Below, piece by piece: positions 17,686-26,982 of a stretch of 39,810 bases of DNA. The stretch covers positions 1 to 39,810 of the IMG/VR virus record IMGVR_UViG_3300048855_000217; one strand, given 5' to 3'. Under the pieces are notes generated by a model that saw only the letters and a list, made by a program, of their open reading frames with translations, was not told the DNA's origin and did not search any database. Each line of letters opens with the position of its first letter. The stretch's first letter is position 1. The position numbers and the translations under genes were made by a program. The DNA is from a virus (Duplodnaviria; Caudoviricetes).

Positions 17686-18459
17686 ATGTCAGACCAGCCT
17701 CAATCACCCCTACAACCGATGATTGATAAGCTTGCCTACTGGGCCACCTCGGACACCTACTGGGGCAAGTTCGATGCGGCCGACAAGGAGGCGCTGCTCA
17801 GCCTCCCGTATCGAACAAAGAAGGTGGAGCGATACGGCTATCTCGTCCGAGATCGGGAGACAACGACCCACGCGTGCATGATGGTCTCCGGCTACGCATT
17901 TCGCCACAAGATAGTTGTGGGCGGGTCGCGACAGATCCTGTCGGTGCATATGAGGGGCGACGTAGTAGACCTTCAGAACGCCTTTCTGGGTGTCGCCGAC
18001 CACAGCGTGCAGGTGCTAACCGATAGCGTGGTGGCATTCATCCCTCGCTTGGCCATCAGGAAGTTAGCTTTTGAGCGGCCGAACATTGGAATGGCGATGT
18101 GGCACGACACGCTCGTAGACGGATCGATCTTTCGGGAATGGATTGCCAACGTCGGGCGGCGAGACGCGCACACTCGCCTTGCTCACCTCCTGTGCGAGTT
18201 CTCACTGAGGCTGAAGGTCGCAGGGTTGGGTGAGGCGACGGACTACGAACTGCCCATGACGCAGGAGCAGCTTGCCGACTGCGTTGGCTTAACACCTGTG
18301 CACGTCAACCGAACCTTGAAGGCCCTTGAAGCGGAGAACCTAATCTCCCGTAAAAGCAGCAGGGGCATTACAATCGGAGATTGGAAGAAGCTGGCAGACG
18401 CGGGTGACTTTGACAGCAGCTACCTACACCTGCGCGAGAGCGAGCCCGCGCTCGACTGA
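17686..18459 (+). CDS. Crp/Fnr family transcriptional regulator, cargo
   Basis: G.RQI...H..GD.VDL, REW..NVGRRDA..RLAHLLCE, LPMTQEQLADCVGLTPVHVNRTL HTH. Confidence 0.93.
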   Translation: MSDQPQSPLQPMIDKLAYWATSDTYWGKFDAADKEALLSLPYRTKKVERYGYLVRDRETTTHACMMVSGYAFRHKIVVGGSRQILSVHMRGDVVDLQNAFLGVADHSVQVLTDSVVAFIPRLAIRKLAFERPNIGMAMWHDTLVDGSIFREWIANVGRRDAHTRLAHLLCEFSLRLKVAGLGEATDYELPMTQEQLADCVGLTPVHVNRTLKALEAENLISRKSSRGITIGDWKKLADAGDFDSSYLHLRESEPALD

Positions 18460-18489
18460 ACGGCCGCTATCCACCACAACAGGACATTC
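18458..18489 (+). repeat. 32-bp imperfect palindrome, copy 2 (overlaps Crp stop)
   Basis: GAACGGCCGCTATCCACCACAACAGGACATTC. Confidence 0.7.
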
Positions 18490-18506
18490 GCACCTGCGGT
18501 CACGTC

Positions 18507-18538
18507 GAACGACCGCTAACGCCCAACAGTAGACGTCG
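18507..18538 (+). repeat. 32-bp imperfect palindrome, copy 3
   Basis: GAACGACCGCTAACGCCCAACAGTAGACGTCG. Confidence 0.7.
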
Positions 18539-18543
18539 TTGGC

Positions 18544-18804
18544 CTATAGGCCCGCAGCATTGCTCTTGGACGCAAGGGGGCTGGCATATGCTGACAAATG
18601 CACGACGTAGAGTATCAATCCCGTATGATCTGTCACATCAACCTGCCAATCCTGATCAACCCAAAGCGCTACAGCGTGGTCCCGGAGTAGTTCGCTTACA
18701 AACCGGGCCACCTCTATTCGAAGATCTTCAGTGCTTTCACAGTCGACTTCCGCCATGTCGGCGATGTGAGATCTGGTTCGTAAGTTGATGATGTAGTATG
18801 GCAT
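18544..18804 (-). CDS. DUF6894-like small protein, cargo
   Basis: MPYYIINL...EVAR...ELLRDH...W...DW.V.VTD..GL.LY. Confidence 0.75.
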   Translation of the reverse strand: MPYYIINLRTRSHIADMAEVDCESTEDLRIEVARFVSELLRDHAVALWVDQDWQVDVTDHTGLILYVVHLSAYASPLASKSNAAGL

Positions 18805-18884
18805 TGAGGCCCCTCAGTGTCAGGCCATGCTAACAGACCGAAGCCGCGCGATCCTTGATCCACATTGCCCGCATCATTCGGGTT

Positions 18885-18916
18885 GGACGTCCGCTTCCCA
18901 CCAATTCCGGCCACTT
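18885..18916 (+). repeat. 32-bp imperfect palindrome, copy 4
   Basis: GGACGTCCGCTTCCCACCAATTCCGGCCACTT. Confidence 0.65.
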
Positions 18917-18944
18917 GCTCCGATCGGGGGAGGGGCTGTCCAGA

Positions 18945-18957
18945 TAAATATCGGATG
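18945..18957 (+). promoter_or_regulatory. TAAATA-N4-ATG
   Basis: TAAATA TCGG ATG. Confidence 0.75.
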
Positions 18958-19467
18958 AGCCCCATCCGCCTTACTCTCCCGGCGTTCCCTGCCGTCTCGC
19001 CTGCCGAACTTGAAACTTGGCTGCGCATCGACGCAGGAAGCGATCCGGCTGCGGTCGACCTGCTTGTCGGTTCCGCCACCGAGATGGTGGAAGGGCTCAC
19101 CAGCCTCACCCTTGGTCTCGCCGATTACCGCGTGGACCTCGCGGGGCTGGAATACTGCTACAAGCTCCCGCTCTCGCCGATCGTGAGCATCACCAGCGTG
19201 GAATATCGGGACGCCACCGGCACCATGGTGGCTCTCACCGACTGGACGCTCGACCACGGCTACCCTCACTTCGAGACACTCCCGGCCGGTTTCCCCGTCA
19301 TTACGCTCAAGGCTGGCTATCCCGCCGCCAGCGCGATCCCGGATGGTCTCCGCCACGCCATCGCCGTGCTCGTTTCGGCTGGCTACAACGATCGCGAGAC
19401 GCTTCCCGACGCCACTATGAAGGCCGTGGAGCGGCTCTGCGCCCGCCACCGGAGGATCATCTGGTGA
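18955..19467 (+). CDS. Head-tail connector (gp6-like)
   Basis: VS..E...WLRID, A...VE..T, P.SPI.SI.SV.Y, AGY, P..L..AI..LV...Y..RE. Confidence 0.88.
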   Translation: MSPIRLTLPAFPAVSPAELETWLRIDAGSDPAAVDLLVGSATEMVEGLTSLTLGLADYRVDLAGLEYCYKLPLSPIVSITSVEYRDATGTMVALTDWTLDHGYPHFETLPAGFPVITLKAGYPAASAIPDGLRHAIAVLVSAGYNDRETLPDATMKAVERLCARHRRIIW

Positions 19468-19784
19468 AGATCGCGAGCGGCAAGCTCGATCGGAAGCTGG
19501 ACCTGCTCACCGCCACCATCGTGCGGGACGCAGCGGGGCAGGAGACGGAAACGTGGACCTTGGCAGCATCTACCTACGCGCAGTGCCTTGAGCTTCGCAC
19601 CGCCGACGTGGCGCGTCTGGCGGGCAAGGAAGCTGTCTCGGCTGGACGCTACCTCATCCGCTACCGCGAGGGCGTCACCACCAAGATGCGCGCCCGCATC
19701 GATGGCAAGCTCTACGCCATCACCGGGATGGACGAGCCCGACCGGCGCACCACGCTCATCCTCTCGGTTGAGGGCGTGGAATGA
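19464..19784 (+). CDS. Head closure / head-tail adaptor (SPP1 gp16-like)
   Basis: GTG start overlapping prior stop; G.L..., D..G....W, IRYR.GV...MR....G..Y.I. Confidence 0.85.
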   Translation: MKIASGKLDRKLDLLTATIVRDAAGQETETWTLAASTYAQCLELRTADVARLAGKEAVSAGRYLIRYREGVTTKMRARIDGKLYAITGMDEPDRRTTLILSVEGVE

Positions 19785-20230
19785 GCGGCCTCGCCGTCAA
19801 TCTCACCGGCTTCTCTGCCCTCAACCAGCGCCTCACCAAGATGGCGCGGGAGGATGCCACCAAAACAGGGCAGGCAGCTAACCGTGCCGGTGCCGCTGCT
19901 GCGGCAAAGGCGATGATGGCTGCGGCCCCGGTAGGCCCGGACGCGGAAGGATCGATCCGGCAGCGCACGCGCAAGGGCGGCAAAAAGGTGGAGGAAGTCC
20001 ACCACAAGATCGTCAACTCGATCAAGGTGCGGAAGGTTCGGTCGCGCACCGATGGCACCGTTGAGAACAAGATTGTGGCGGGCACCTACATCGCCAGCCT
20101 GAATGAGTTCGGCTCGATCCATAATGCCCCCAACCCGTTCATGCGCCGCGCCTTCGATGCCTCGCAGCAGACGATCATGGATGCCATCGCCAAGACGCTC
20201 GACAAGCGCCTCACGAAGAAAGGCATATAA
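19781..20230 (+). CDS. HK97 gp10-like tail completion protein
   Basis: AP.., L.EFG....[10 protein letters not shown]. Confidence 0.85.
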   Translation: MSGLAVNLTGFSALNQRLTKMAREDATKTGQAANRAGAAAAAKAMMAAAPVGPDAEGSIRQRTRKGGKKVEEVHHKIVNSIKVRKVRSRTDGTVENKIVAGTYIASLNEFGSIHNAPNPFMRRAFDASQQTIMDAIAKTLDKRLTKKGI

Positions 20231-20233
20231 ACT

Positions 20234-20596
20234 ATGTTGGACACTCTACTCACCACTCGCCTCAGGACGATCGCGCCCAAGATCTACCCGATCAAGGCCC
20301 CGAAGAACTACGCCACGCCCTGCGTGATCTATAACCGTTTGAGCACGGACTTCGCGCGCGATCTCGGCACCGAGGGCGAGTGCGGGTTCGTGGTCATGCA
20401 GATCGATGTCTACGATCCTATCTACCTCACCGCAAAGGCATTGGCGGCGGCGATCCGCAAGAACCTCACCCTTTGGAGCGATGCCGCGATCCAGTCCGTG
20501 GAATGCGCGGACGAGCACGACATGATCGACGAGACGACCGGAGTCAGTCTCTATCGGACCATGCTCACCTTCGTGATCTTCGCCGACCTCGCCTAA
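20234..20596 (+). CDS. Tail terminator (DUF3168-like)
   Basis: IYP..AP.....P..IY..LS, QIDVY; position before tube gene. Confidence 0.8.
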   Translation: MLDTLLTTRLRTIAPKIYPIKAPKNYATPCVIYNRLSTDFARDLGTEGECGFVVMQIDVYDPIYLTAKALAAAIRKNLTLWSDAAIQSVECADEHDMIDETTGVSLYRTMLTFVIFADLA

Positions 20597-20621
20597 CCAC
20601 CAGTCCCTACGCCGCCGAGGA

Positions 20622-20665
20622 TAAATAATCGGAGGCGCTGGAACAGCGCTGTTGTTCCAGAGGAG
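20622..20665 (+). promoter_or_regulatory. TAAATA motif + leader hairpin + RBS for tail tube gene
   Basis: TAAATA 20622-27; CTGGAACAGC-GCT-GTTGTTCCAG stem 20638-60; AGGAG 20661-65. Confidence 0.65.
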
Positions 20666-20676
20666 ACTATACATTC

Positions 20677-21096
20677 ATGGCGAATGCAATTCACAGTAAG
20701 AAGACCAAGCTCGAAATCAACACCACGGGTGATACTTGGGTCCAGATCAAGGGCCTGAAGTCCTTCTCCGGCATCGGCGGCGGGAGCCCCGCTGTCATCG
20801 ATTCCACCGACCTCGACAGCGAGGCTAAAGAGAAGCTTATGGGCCTCAAGGATGAGGGGCAGGCGAGCTTCACCTTCAACTATATCCCGAGCGATGCGGG
20901 GCAGATCGCTCTTCAGGCTGCTCGCGACGTAGGTGATGTCGCATCCCTGCGCGTGACGCTGAACACCAACAACCGCTACGAGTTCGATGGTTATGTCATG
21001 ACCGCCGAAGTCGCCGGTGGTGTGGACGAGCTTCTCGCGCTCACCTCCAACGTCGAGGTCACCGGCGCAGTCACCAAGGTTACGGTCACCCCGTAA
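20677..21096 (+). CDS. Major tail tube protein
   Basis: ID.TDLDS.AKE.L.GL.D.G, D.GQ.AL, F.GYV. Confidence 0.88.
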   Translation: MANAIHSKKTKLEINTTGDTWVQIKGLKSFSGIGGGSPAVIDSTDLDSEAKEKLMGLKDEGQASFTFNYIPSDAGQIALQAARDVGDVASLRVTLNTNNRYEFDGYVMTAEVAGGVDELLALTSNVEVTGAVTKVTVTP

Positions 21097-21515
21097 TGGC
21101 GTTCGCCTCGAAAGCGCAGTTCCTCAAAGCCAAGCTCCCATTCCGTGACGTTGAAGTTGCGGAGTGGGGCGGCGTTTTCCGCCTGCAAGCCTTGAGCGTC
21201 CGTGCCAAGTTCGAGCTACTCGACTTCATCGCCGATCGCGCACGCGCGGTAGAGGAGTATGAGCGCGATCAGGCGCTACCGGAGGATGAGTGCCGGAATC
21301 TCCCGCTGGTGAAGCACTACACGGCGGGCGTGCCGGAGTTGATGTTCTCCATCATCGACCCGAAAACCGGTGAGCGCATGTTCGACATCAGCGATTATGA
21401 TGCGTTCGAAGGCATGTCCTACGCGACGATCAACGGCCTCTACGTCGTGTTCCGCGAACTCAACGACACGATGACCACCGATCGCGTGAAGGCGCTAAAA
21501 AAAACTTCCGCCTAA
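21096..21515 (+). CDS. Tail assembly chaperone (gpG-like)
   Basis: V.V.EWGG; position between tube and tape measure; ends at A8 slippery run. Confidence 0.82.
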   Translation: MAFASKAQFLKAKLPFRDVEVAEWGGVFRLQALSVRAKFELLDFIADRARAVEEYERDQALPEDECRNLPLVKHYTAGVPELMFSIIDPKTGERMFDISDYDAFEGMSYATINGLYVVFRELNDTMTTDRVKALKKTSA

Positions 21516-21841
21516 ACCCGCAACGACGGTTCACCTTCCGGCTGGCGCTCGCGCTCGGCCGCACCGTTGCCGAACTCGAAGCCACCATGTCCGCGGACGA
21601 ATTGCTGGAATGGGAAGCCTATAGCTGCTGCGAACCGTTCGGCTCGCCCGTGGAAGATGAGCGTGCCCGCATAAGCAGCCAGTTGTTCTACTCGGCCAAC
21701 TCCCAAAAGGGCACGCCTGTCCCCGACTTCTTCGATCGTGACCCGGAGGAGACTGCTCGCGCTCGCGCGATCCTCGAAGCGGATCAACTCGAAGACAACC
21801 TTGAAAGCTTCTTCAACGCCCGCGTGGAGCCCTCCGAATAA
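21497..21841 (+). CDS. Tail assembly chaperone gpT-like segment, reached by -1 frameshift
   Basis: CTA AAA AAA AC slippery site; -1 frame reads NFRLNPQRRFTFRLALALGRTVAELEATMSADELLEW...PFG. Confidence 0.82.
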   Translation, partial: KKNFRLNPQRRFTFRLALALGRTVAELEATMSADELLEWEAYSCCEPFGSPVEDERARISSQLFYSANSQKGTPVPDFFDRDPEETARARAILEADQLEDNLESFFNARVEPSE

Positions 21842-21851
21842 ATATGGGATG
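21839..21851 (+). promoter_or_regulatory. TAAATA-N4-ATG overlapping prior stop
   Basis: TAAATA TGGG ATG. Confidence 0.75.
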
Positions 21852-24068
21852 GCTCAAGTTGGTTCTCTTAATGTAAATCTCGCGCTCGAAAGTGCGCAGT
21901 TCATCGCCGGTATGAAGAAGGCTGCGGCGCAAACCCAGTCCACCGCAGCTTCTATCAGCAAGGCGCTCGGCACCGCCAAGGCAGCCATCGGCGGACTTGC
22001 TGCGGCTTTCGCCGTCGATTGGATGGCGGATCAGGTTCAGAAAGCGTTCGACTATGCGGATGCCATTCAGGACTTGAGCGACCGCACCGGCGCGTCCACC
22101 AAGTTCATTCAGGAGTTCGGCTACGCTGCACAGCTTTCCGGCTCGTCGGTGGAGAATGCCCGCACCGCCATCGAAAAGTTCAGCAAGAACCTTGGTGCCG
22201 CGCAGAATGGCAGCGAGGCGATGCGCAAAACCCTGCACGATCTCGGTGTCACCAGCACGGACGTGGACACGGCGGTCAAGCAAGCCGCCGATGGCATCGC
22301 CAAGATGGACTCGAAGTCGGAACAGGCGGCGGCAACCGTCGCCGTGTTCGGCAAGTCGGGGCAGGATTTGGTGATGACGCTCTCCGCTGGATCGGCGGGG
22401 CTGAACGAAATGGCGCAGCGCGCAGCGGAGCTTGGCATCGTCCTCGACAAGGACGTGATCGCCAATGCTGGCAAGGTCAACGACCAACTCGATACCATGA
22501 AGATGATCCTTTCCGCGCAGATGGCAAACGCGATCGTGCAGAATGCCGACGCCATCGCAGGGCTTGGTGATGCCTTTGGCGCAATCATCGGCAATATCTC
22601 GGAGGCGGTGCGCTGGATCATGCGCTTCCGGGCGGAACGTGATGCCGCGCTCGCGCAGAACACGCTTGACGGCTGGTTCTCCACCGATGCGCAAAAGGAT
22701 GTTGCCCGTGCGCAGTTGAACGACGCTCGCGGGCGGCTGTCCAACATCGACCAGCGGGGGCCGGAGATGCCCACGCTCATCTGGGATGCCGCCAAGGGCA
22801 AGCTCGTGGATGGTGCGAAGCATGATACCAAGCCGAGCACGGGCGGCACGCTCGCGCTGCCGAAGGCCGACACCCCGAAGGCCAAGACCGGCAAGACGCC
22901 CGCCGAACTCGCGGCGGAAGCCTTTCAGAAGGACATGGACTGGAAGAACGAGTGGCTGGGTGGCGAGCGCGAGTTCCTCGGCCTGAAAGAGCGCCGCACC
23001 CCCAACGTCGCCGATCAGCGTGATTACCAGCTTCAGCAGAACGAGATCGAGACGCAGCAGCGCACCAACAGCCTCATGGCGAACGGGCCGAAGGGGTCCA
23101 AGAAATTCGATGCCAACCAGCTTGCCATGTTGCTTCAACAGGAGGAGCAGATCGCCGCCGAAAAGGCGAAGCTGATCAGCCTCGAAGCCGATGAGAAGCT
23201 CGCACGGGAGCAGCTTGACGTCCACACCGCGTCGATCGGCAATGATCGCGACCTACTGTCCAGCGCGCATGGCCTTGCCCGCACGCAGGCAGATCGCCGG
23301 GAAATCGGTCTTCGGTTGATCGATCTCCAGTTTCAGCAGGAGAAGCTCGCTCTTGAGGCCGTGAAGCACAGTGCCGCCGCCACCGATGCGGAGAAGCAGA
23401 TCGCGCAGGCTCGGCTCGACATCCTCGACAAGCTCAAAGCCAACGACATCGCGGGCGTGAAGCAGTCCACCATGGGGCCTCTGGAGGGCTATCTGGACAG
23501 CCTGCCCAAGATCGCAGGGGAGATTCAGGAGTCGATCGAAGGTGCCGCTATAGGTGGGCTGGAAAGCCTCAATCACGGCCTCATCGATGCGATCAAGGGC
23601 ACCGGCGACCTCAAAGACGCGCTCGGCAGCATGTTCGACACCGTGGTGGATGGCATCCTCAACATCGCCATTCAGCAGGCGCTGATCAAACCGTTGGGCA
23701 GTTTGCTGTTCGGCGGCGATAGCAGTGGTGGTGGCCTGTTCGGCGGTGTGATCAAGTCCATCGCGGGTGGGCTTGCGGGGGCTCGTGCCAATGGTGGCCT
23801 TACCCGTGCCGGTAATTATCTGGTGGGCGAGCGTGGACCGGAAGTGGTCTCGGTGGGCAACACCGCGAGCGTCACCCCGAACCATGCGCTGAATGCGATT
23901 TCGGGACGCGGCGGCACCAACATGCAAGTGACCATCGGCGACATCACGAGCAACGACCCGGAAGCCGTCCGTGCCATGATCTATCAGAGCATCGCGGAAG
24001 CCGCGCCGATGCTCACCAAGCGCGCTGTCGATGCCACCAAGGTGAGCCTACAGCGTCCTCGGATGTGA
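21849..24068 (+). CDS. Tape measure protein
   Basis: VGSL.V.L......F..GM, Ala-rich helical body, C-terminal GARANGG....G.YLVGE.GPE. Confidence 0.92.
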   Translation: MAQVGSLNVNLALESAQFIAGMKKAAAQTQSTAASISKALGTAKAAIGGLAAAFAVDWMADQVQKAFDYADAIQDLSDRTGASTKFIQEFGYAAQLSGSSVENARTAIEKFSKNLGAAQNGSEAMRKTLHDLGVTSTDVDTAVKQAADGIAKMDSKSEQAAATVAVFGKSGQDLVMTLSAGSAGLNEMAQRAAELGIVLDKDVIANAGKVNDQLDTMKMILSAQMANAIVQNADAIAGLGDAFGAIIGNISEAVRWIMRFRAERDAALAQNTLDGWFSTDAQKDVARAQLNDARGRLSNIDQRGPEMPTLIWDAAKGKLVDGAKHDTKPSTGGTLALPKADTPKAKTGKTPAELAAEAFQKDMDWKNEWLGGEREFLGLKERRTPNVADQRDYQLQQNEIETQQRTNSLMANGPKGSKKFDANQLAMLLQQEEQIAAEKAKLISLEADEKLAREQLDVHTASIGNDRDLLSSAHGLARTQADRREIGLRLIDLQFQQEKLALEAVKHSAAATDAEKQIAQARLDILDKLKANDIAGVKQSTMGPLEGYLDSLPKIAGEIQESIEGAAIGGLESLNHGLIDAIKGTGDLKDALGSMFDTVVDGILNIAIQQALIKPLGSLLFGGDSSGGGLFGGVIKSIAGGLAGARANGGLTRAGNYLVGERGPEVVSVGNTASVTPNHALNAISGRGGTNMQVTIGDITSNDPEAVRAMIYQSIAEAAPMLTKRAVDATKVSLQRPRM

Positions 24069-24077
24069 GCGGCGACT

Positions 24078-24109
24078 AAATCTCCGAAATCGGTGGAAGG
24101 CCTACGTCA
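24078..24109 (-). repeat. 32-bp imperfect palindrome, copy 5 (begins at Crp stop)
   Basis: Minus strand TGACGTAGGCCTTCCACCGATTTCGGAGATTT. Confidence 0.55.
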
Positions 24110-24862
24110 AGCAGCCAACAACCGCCGTTGCCGCATCGCTCCCGTATCCGCGACAAGGTAGGAAGCCTCAAACTCGCCGATGCGGGCGAGCTTCGCCCAA
24201 TCGTGGATTCGCACGATCCCGCCCTTCATGGTGACGACGTGTCCCAGCGCTTTGAGGGAGCGGTTCACGTGCACCGACGTCAGCGCCGTGGCGTCTCCAA
24301 ACTGCTCCTGCGTCACCGGAAAGGCGAATTCGCACAGCACCTCGCGGTCCTGCCCGGATCGGATCGCCATTTCGCAGAGAACGTGGGCGATGCGCGCTTG
24401 TGCATCGCGCCGCCCGACGTTCACCACCCACTGCATAAGGACAGCAGCATCGAGCATGCAATCCCGCCAGAAGGCTTCGGCGATCGCCGGGAAGCGCGCG
24501 GCCAGCGTGCGTATGGCAGCGTGCGGAATGCGCAGGATCGTCGTTTCACACAGCGCGTTCAGACCGCCTACGCCGACTGGTCGCACCGCCGAATGCAGAT
24601 CGGCCATGTCGCCCGGGATATGAAAAGCGGTGATCTGCCGAAGGCCGTTCGCCGTCTGCCCGAAGCGGCCGACCATCCCCGACGAAATGAAGCAGCAATA
24701 GGAGGCCACTTCGTTGATATGCACGAAGTCCTGCTTTCGCCCGAGGTGAACCACGCGCGTAGGGAGCGCAAGGATCGCTTGCTGCTCCTCCTCCGTGAGG
24801 ATGGAGCGTGCGGTAAGCCGCGCCACGAAAAGCTGCAGGTCGCTGGCTTTCGAGTGGCTCAT
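24107..24862 (-). CDS. Crp/Fnr family transcriptional regulator, cargo (second paralogue)
   Basis: G.RQIT.FHIPGD.ADL, WVVNVGRRDA.ARIAH.LCE, FPVTQEQFGDATALTSVHVNRSL. Confidence 0.93.
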   Translation of the reverse strand: MSHSKASDLQLFVARLTARSILTEEEQQAILALPTRVVHLGRKQDFVHINEVASYCCFISSGMVGRFGQTANGLRQITAFHIPGDMADLHSAVRPVGVGGLNALCETTILRIPHAAIRTLAARFPAIAEAFWRDCMLDAAVLMQWVVNVGRRDAQARIAHVLCEMAIRSGQDREVLCEFAFPVTQEQFGDATALTSVHVNRSLKALGHVVTMKGGIVRIHDWAKLARIGEFEASYLVADTGAMRQRRLLAA

Positions 24863-24881
24863 AGCCCCCTCCAAATCTGCA

Positions 24882-24911
24882 GGCGGGAGCTTGGAAGCAC
24901 TCCCGTCATCG
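24882..24911 (-). promoter_or_regulatory. Conserved leader motif ending GCTCCCGCC, copy 3
   Basis: CGATGACGGGAGTGCTTCCAAGCTCCCGCC just upstream of the GGAGG RBS. Confidence 0.55.
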
Positions 24912-25066
24912 ACGCCTGCGGGGCGATTGTCGATGATTGGGTATGCATAACACAGGTTAGATGACTTGACTAATCCGCGTTAAAAAACGTGGTGATTCAA
25001 CTTACTCAACTTTGGGAACTCCCAATCCGTAATCGCCCGTTAAGCTGAGCCAAGTCACATAGGGGT

Positions 25067-25303
25067 ATGGCACAGTTCTATTTCGACCTTTACGATGACC
25101 TCGTAACGCTGGACGAGGAAGGGGCCGACCTTCCGGATGTCAATGCAGCGCGAGAACGCGCTATCGAGTCGATCCGCGACTTGATCTGTCGAGAGGTGAA
25201 AACTGGCGTAGTGGACTTGCGCTCCCGCATCGAAGTGTTCGGAGAGGGGCGCAATCCGCTTTTCACGGTCGGATACGCAGACGCATTGGAATTGCGATAC
25301 TGA
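25067..25303 (+). CDS. DUF6894-like small protein, cargo
   Basis: MAQFYFDL.D....DEEG.DLPD..AAR..A...RDL....G..DL...IEV. Confidence 0.85.
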   Translation: MAQFYFDLYDDLVTLDEEGADLPDVNAARERAIESIRDLICREVKTGVVDLRSRIEVFGEGRNPLFTVGYADALELRY

Positions 25304-25335
25304 TGACGAGGAACCTTCGGGAAGGACCGCGAACG

Positions 25336-25353
25336 GAACAGCCGCTCTCCGCC
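25336..25353 (+). repeat. Half copy of the 32-bp palindrome running into the TAAATA promoter
   Basis: GAACAGCCGCTCTCCGCC matches the first 18 nt of copy 2 at 15/18. Confidence 0.5.
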
Positions 25354-25361
25354 TGATCAGC

Positions 25362-25374
25362 TAAATATGGGATG
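25362..25374 (+). promoter_or_regulatory. TAAATA-N4-ATG
   Basis: TAAATA TGGG ATG. Confidence 0.75.
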
Positions 25375-25977
25375 CCTTCGTATCCCCTTCAGTTTCCCAT
25401 CAAGTCGGTCTCTACCGAACGCTTGAGCCTCCTGTGGCGGCAGTCTCCGATGGCGTCGCCCTACACGCTGGCGCAGCAGACGGTGAACACTGCCGCGCAG
25501 TGGCAGCTTGAGTTCACATGGCCGCGCATGACGTTCCGCGAGGCCGAGATCGTCCGGGCGTGGCTGGATAGCCTGCACGGTCAGGTGGGCACATTCCTCT
25601 ACCGTCCACGAGCGGCGCAGGCATCGGCGCTCACCGGCCATATGCTCAACCTCACCGGCTATAACTACAACAGCGCGATCGAGGCGCAGGGGTGGGGGCC
25701 GAACGCAGACTCACAGCTTCGCACCGGTCAGCATTTCCAGATCGGTGAGCAGCTTCTCCAGATCACCAGCGCACCCGCGAACGCTGACGCCAATGGCAGG
25801 TGCACGATCGAGTTCGTGCCGCCGCTACGTGCCAACTATCCGGCAGGCACGGCGATAAATTTCCAGAATCCGGCAGGCAAGTTCCGCCTCACCACCTCGG
25901 ATGGCATCGGCTTCATGCTCGATCCCGACCGCAAGCCCGACTTCGGCGCGATCACCGCGCGTGAGGCGGTGGAATAA
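25372..25977 (+). CDS. Distal tail (Dit-like) protein
   Basis: SPYT..QQ......W, WL.SL.G....F, G..F.IG..L, PPLR; first structural gene after tape measure. Confidence 0.7.
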   Translation: MPSYPLQFPIKSVSTERLSLLWRQSPMASPYTLAQQTVNTAAQWQLEFTWPRMTFREAEIVRAWLDSLHGQVGTFLYRPRAAQASALTGHMLNLTGYNYNSAIEAQGWGPNADSQLRTGQHFQIGEQLLQITSAPANADANGRCTIEFVPPLRANYPAGTAINFQNPAGKFRLTTSDGIGFMLDPDRKPDFGAITAREAVE

Positions 25978-26618
25978 TGCGCGACGGGATCACACAGGCC
26001 GTCCTTGATGCGCTCGCCGCAGACGGCATCACCACCGCGCTCGCCGCACGGCTCGATTTCAAGTCGGAATCCCTGTTCGTCTGGACCGGGGTAGGGGCGA
26101 TCATCCCCTCCGGCTCCGGCGACAGCCAGTTGGACGGCAACCGCTTCGAGCCGCTCGACAATGGCGTGGTGCTCAACATCGGCGACAACTCGTTCAGCTA
26201 CTCCGGCTCGGAGGCGTTGGAAATCACGCTGGCGGTGCCATCGTCGCAGACCACCGCCATCGCTGCCGCGCAGGTGTTCCCGGACGAGTATCAGGCGCGT
26301 CCGTTCACGCTCTGGCGGGCGCTGTTGAAGCAGCCGGATGATCCGCTCGCGCAGCCGCTTTGGTTCTTCCGGCGCTTGCGGGCAGGGGCCATGGACAAGG
26401 TTGAGATCAGCAATGACGGCAACAGCCACACCTTCAAGCTCACCGTTGAAAGCCATGCCAGCCTGATCAGCGCTGCGACGCAGCAGACCTACCTCGATCA
26501 GGAACGCTACGATCCTGCCGACACATCCCAGAGGTATGCGGCGAGCATCGCAAACGGGAGCCCCGCACCAACCAAGGGAGGGATGGCAGGGTTCGGCTCA
26601 ATCTTCAACGGCCGGTGA
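25977..26618 (+). CDS. Minor tail / hub protein
   Basis: LDF......WTG.G, G.MD, YT/LD..Q...P.D motif; position in tail tip module. Confidence 0.7.
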   Translation: MRDGITQAVLDALAADGITTALAARLDFKSESLFVWTGVGAIIPSGSGDSQLDGNRFEPLDNGVVLNIGDNSFSYSGSEALEITLAVPSSQTTAIAAAQVFPDEYQARPFTLWRALLKQPDDPLAQPLWFFRRLRAGAMDKVEISNDGNSHTFKLTVESHASLISAATQQTYLDQERYDPADTSQRYAASIANGSPAPTKGGMAGFGSIFNGR

Positions 26619-26769
26619 CGAGAGCTAACATCGATCAGGAAGGACGCACTATTGAGCATAAACAGCGATGCCACTGATCTATATTACGACGATTTGGCAA
26701 GCAATATTATTCAGATTAAGGCCCTGCCCGAACCGGAAGTTCTACGGCTTTCGCCAAAGGGGGGCGCGT

Positions 26770-26982
26770 ATGCGAGCCGAAGACCAAGAGTATCACACCG
26801 CGCGGGCACGTCAGGAGCTTGATCTTGGCTACCGTGCAAACGGACGACTTGCCGCAGCGGCGCACATGCGCCTCGCCGCGCTTCATATGAAATCGGCGCA
26901 GTCGGGCGTTGATGACTCGGACCCGGAAGTTGGCTTTGGTGGCCAACGAGCGGTGCACGCTCCGATCAATAACTCGCGGTAA
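26770..26982 (+). CDS. Small sphingomonad-type hypothetical protein, cargo
   Basis: D..YH..RA.QE...A.....AA.AH..LA.LH motif; G-rich RBS. Confidence 0.65.
   Translation: MRAEDQEYHTARARQELDLGYRANGRLAAAAHMRLAALHMKSAQSGVDDSDPEVGFGGQRAVHAPINNSR

Noticed and set aside
17145-18916. 32-bp repeats as a CRISPR array or classical integron
   Set aside because: Copies are degenerate, irregularly spaced and separated by whole genes; no cas or intI gene and no RYYYAAC/GTTRRRY attC ends.
24956-24984. CtrA boxes in cargo promoters (also near 26705)
   Set aside because: No proper TTAA-N7-TTAA; only half sites or wrong spacing.
25015-25041. GGAAC...CGTT upstream of DUF6894-like gene as EcfG promoter
   Set aside because: Spacer is 18 nt, longer than the usual 16-17; not called.
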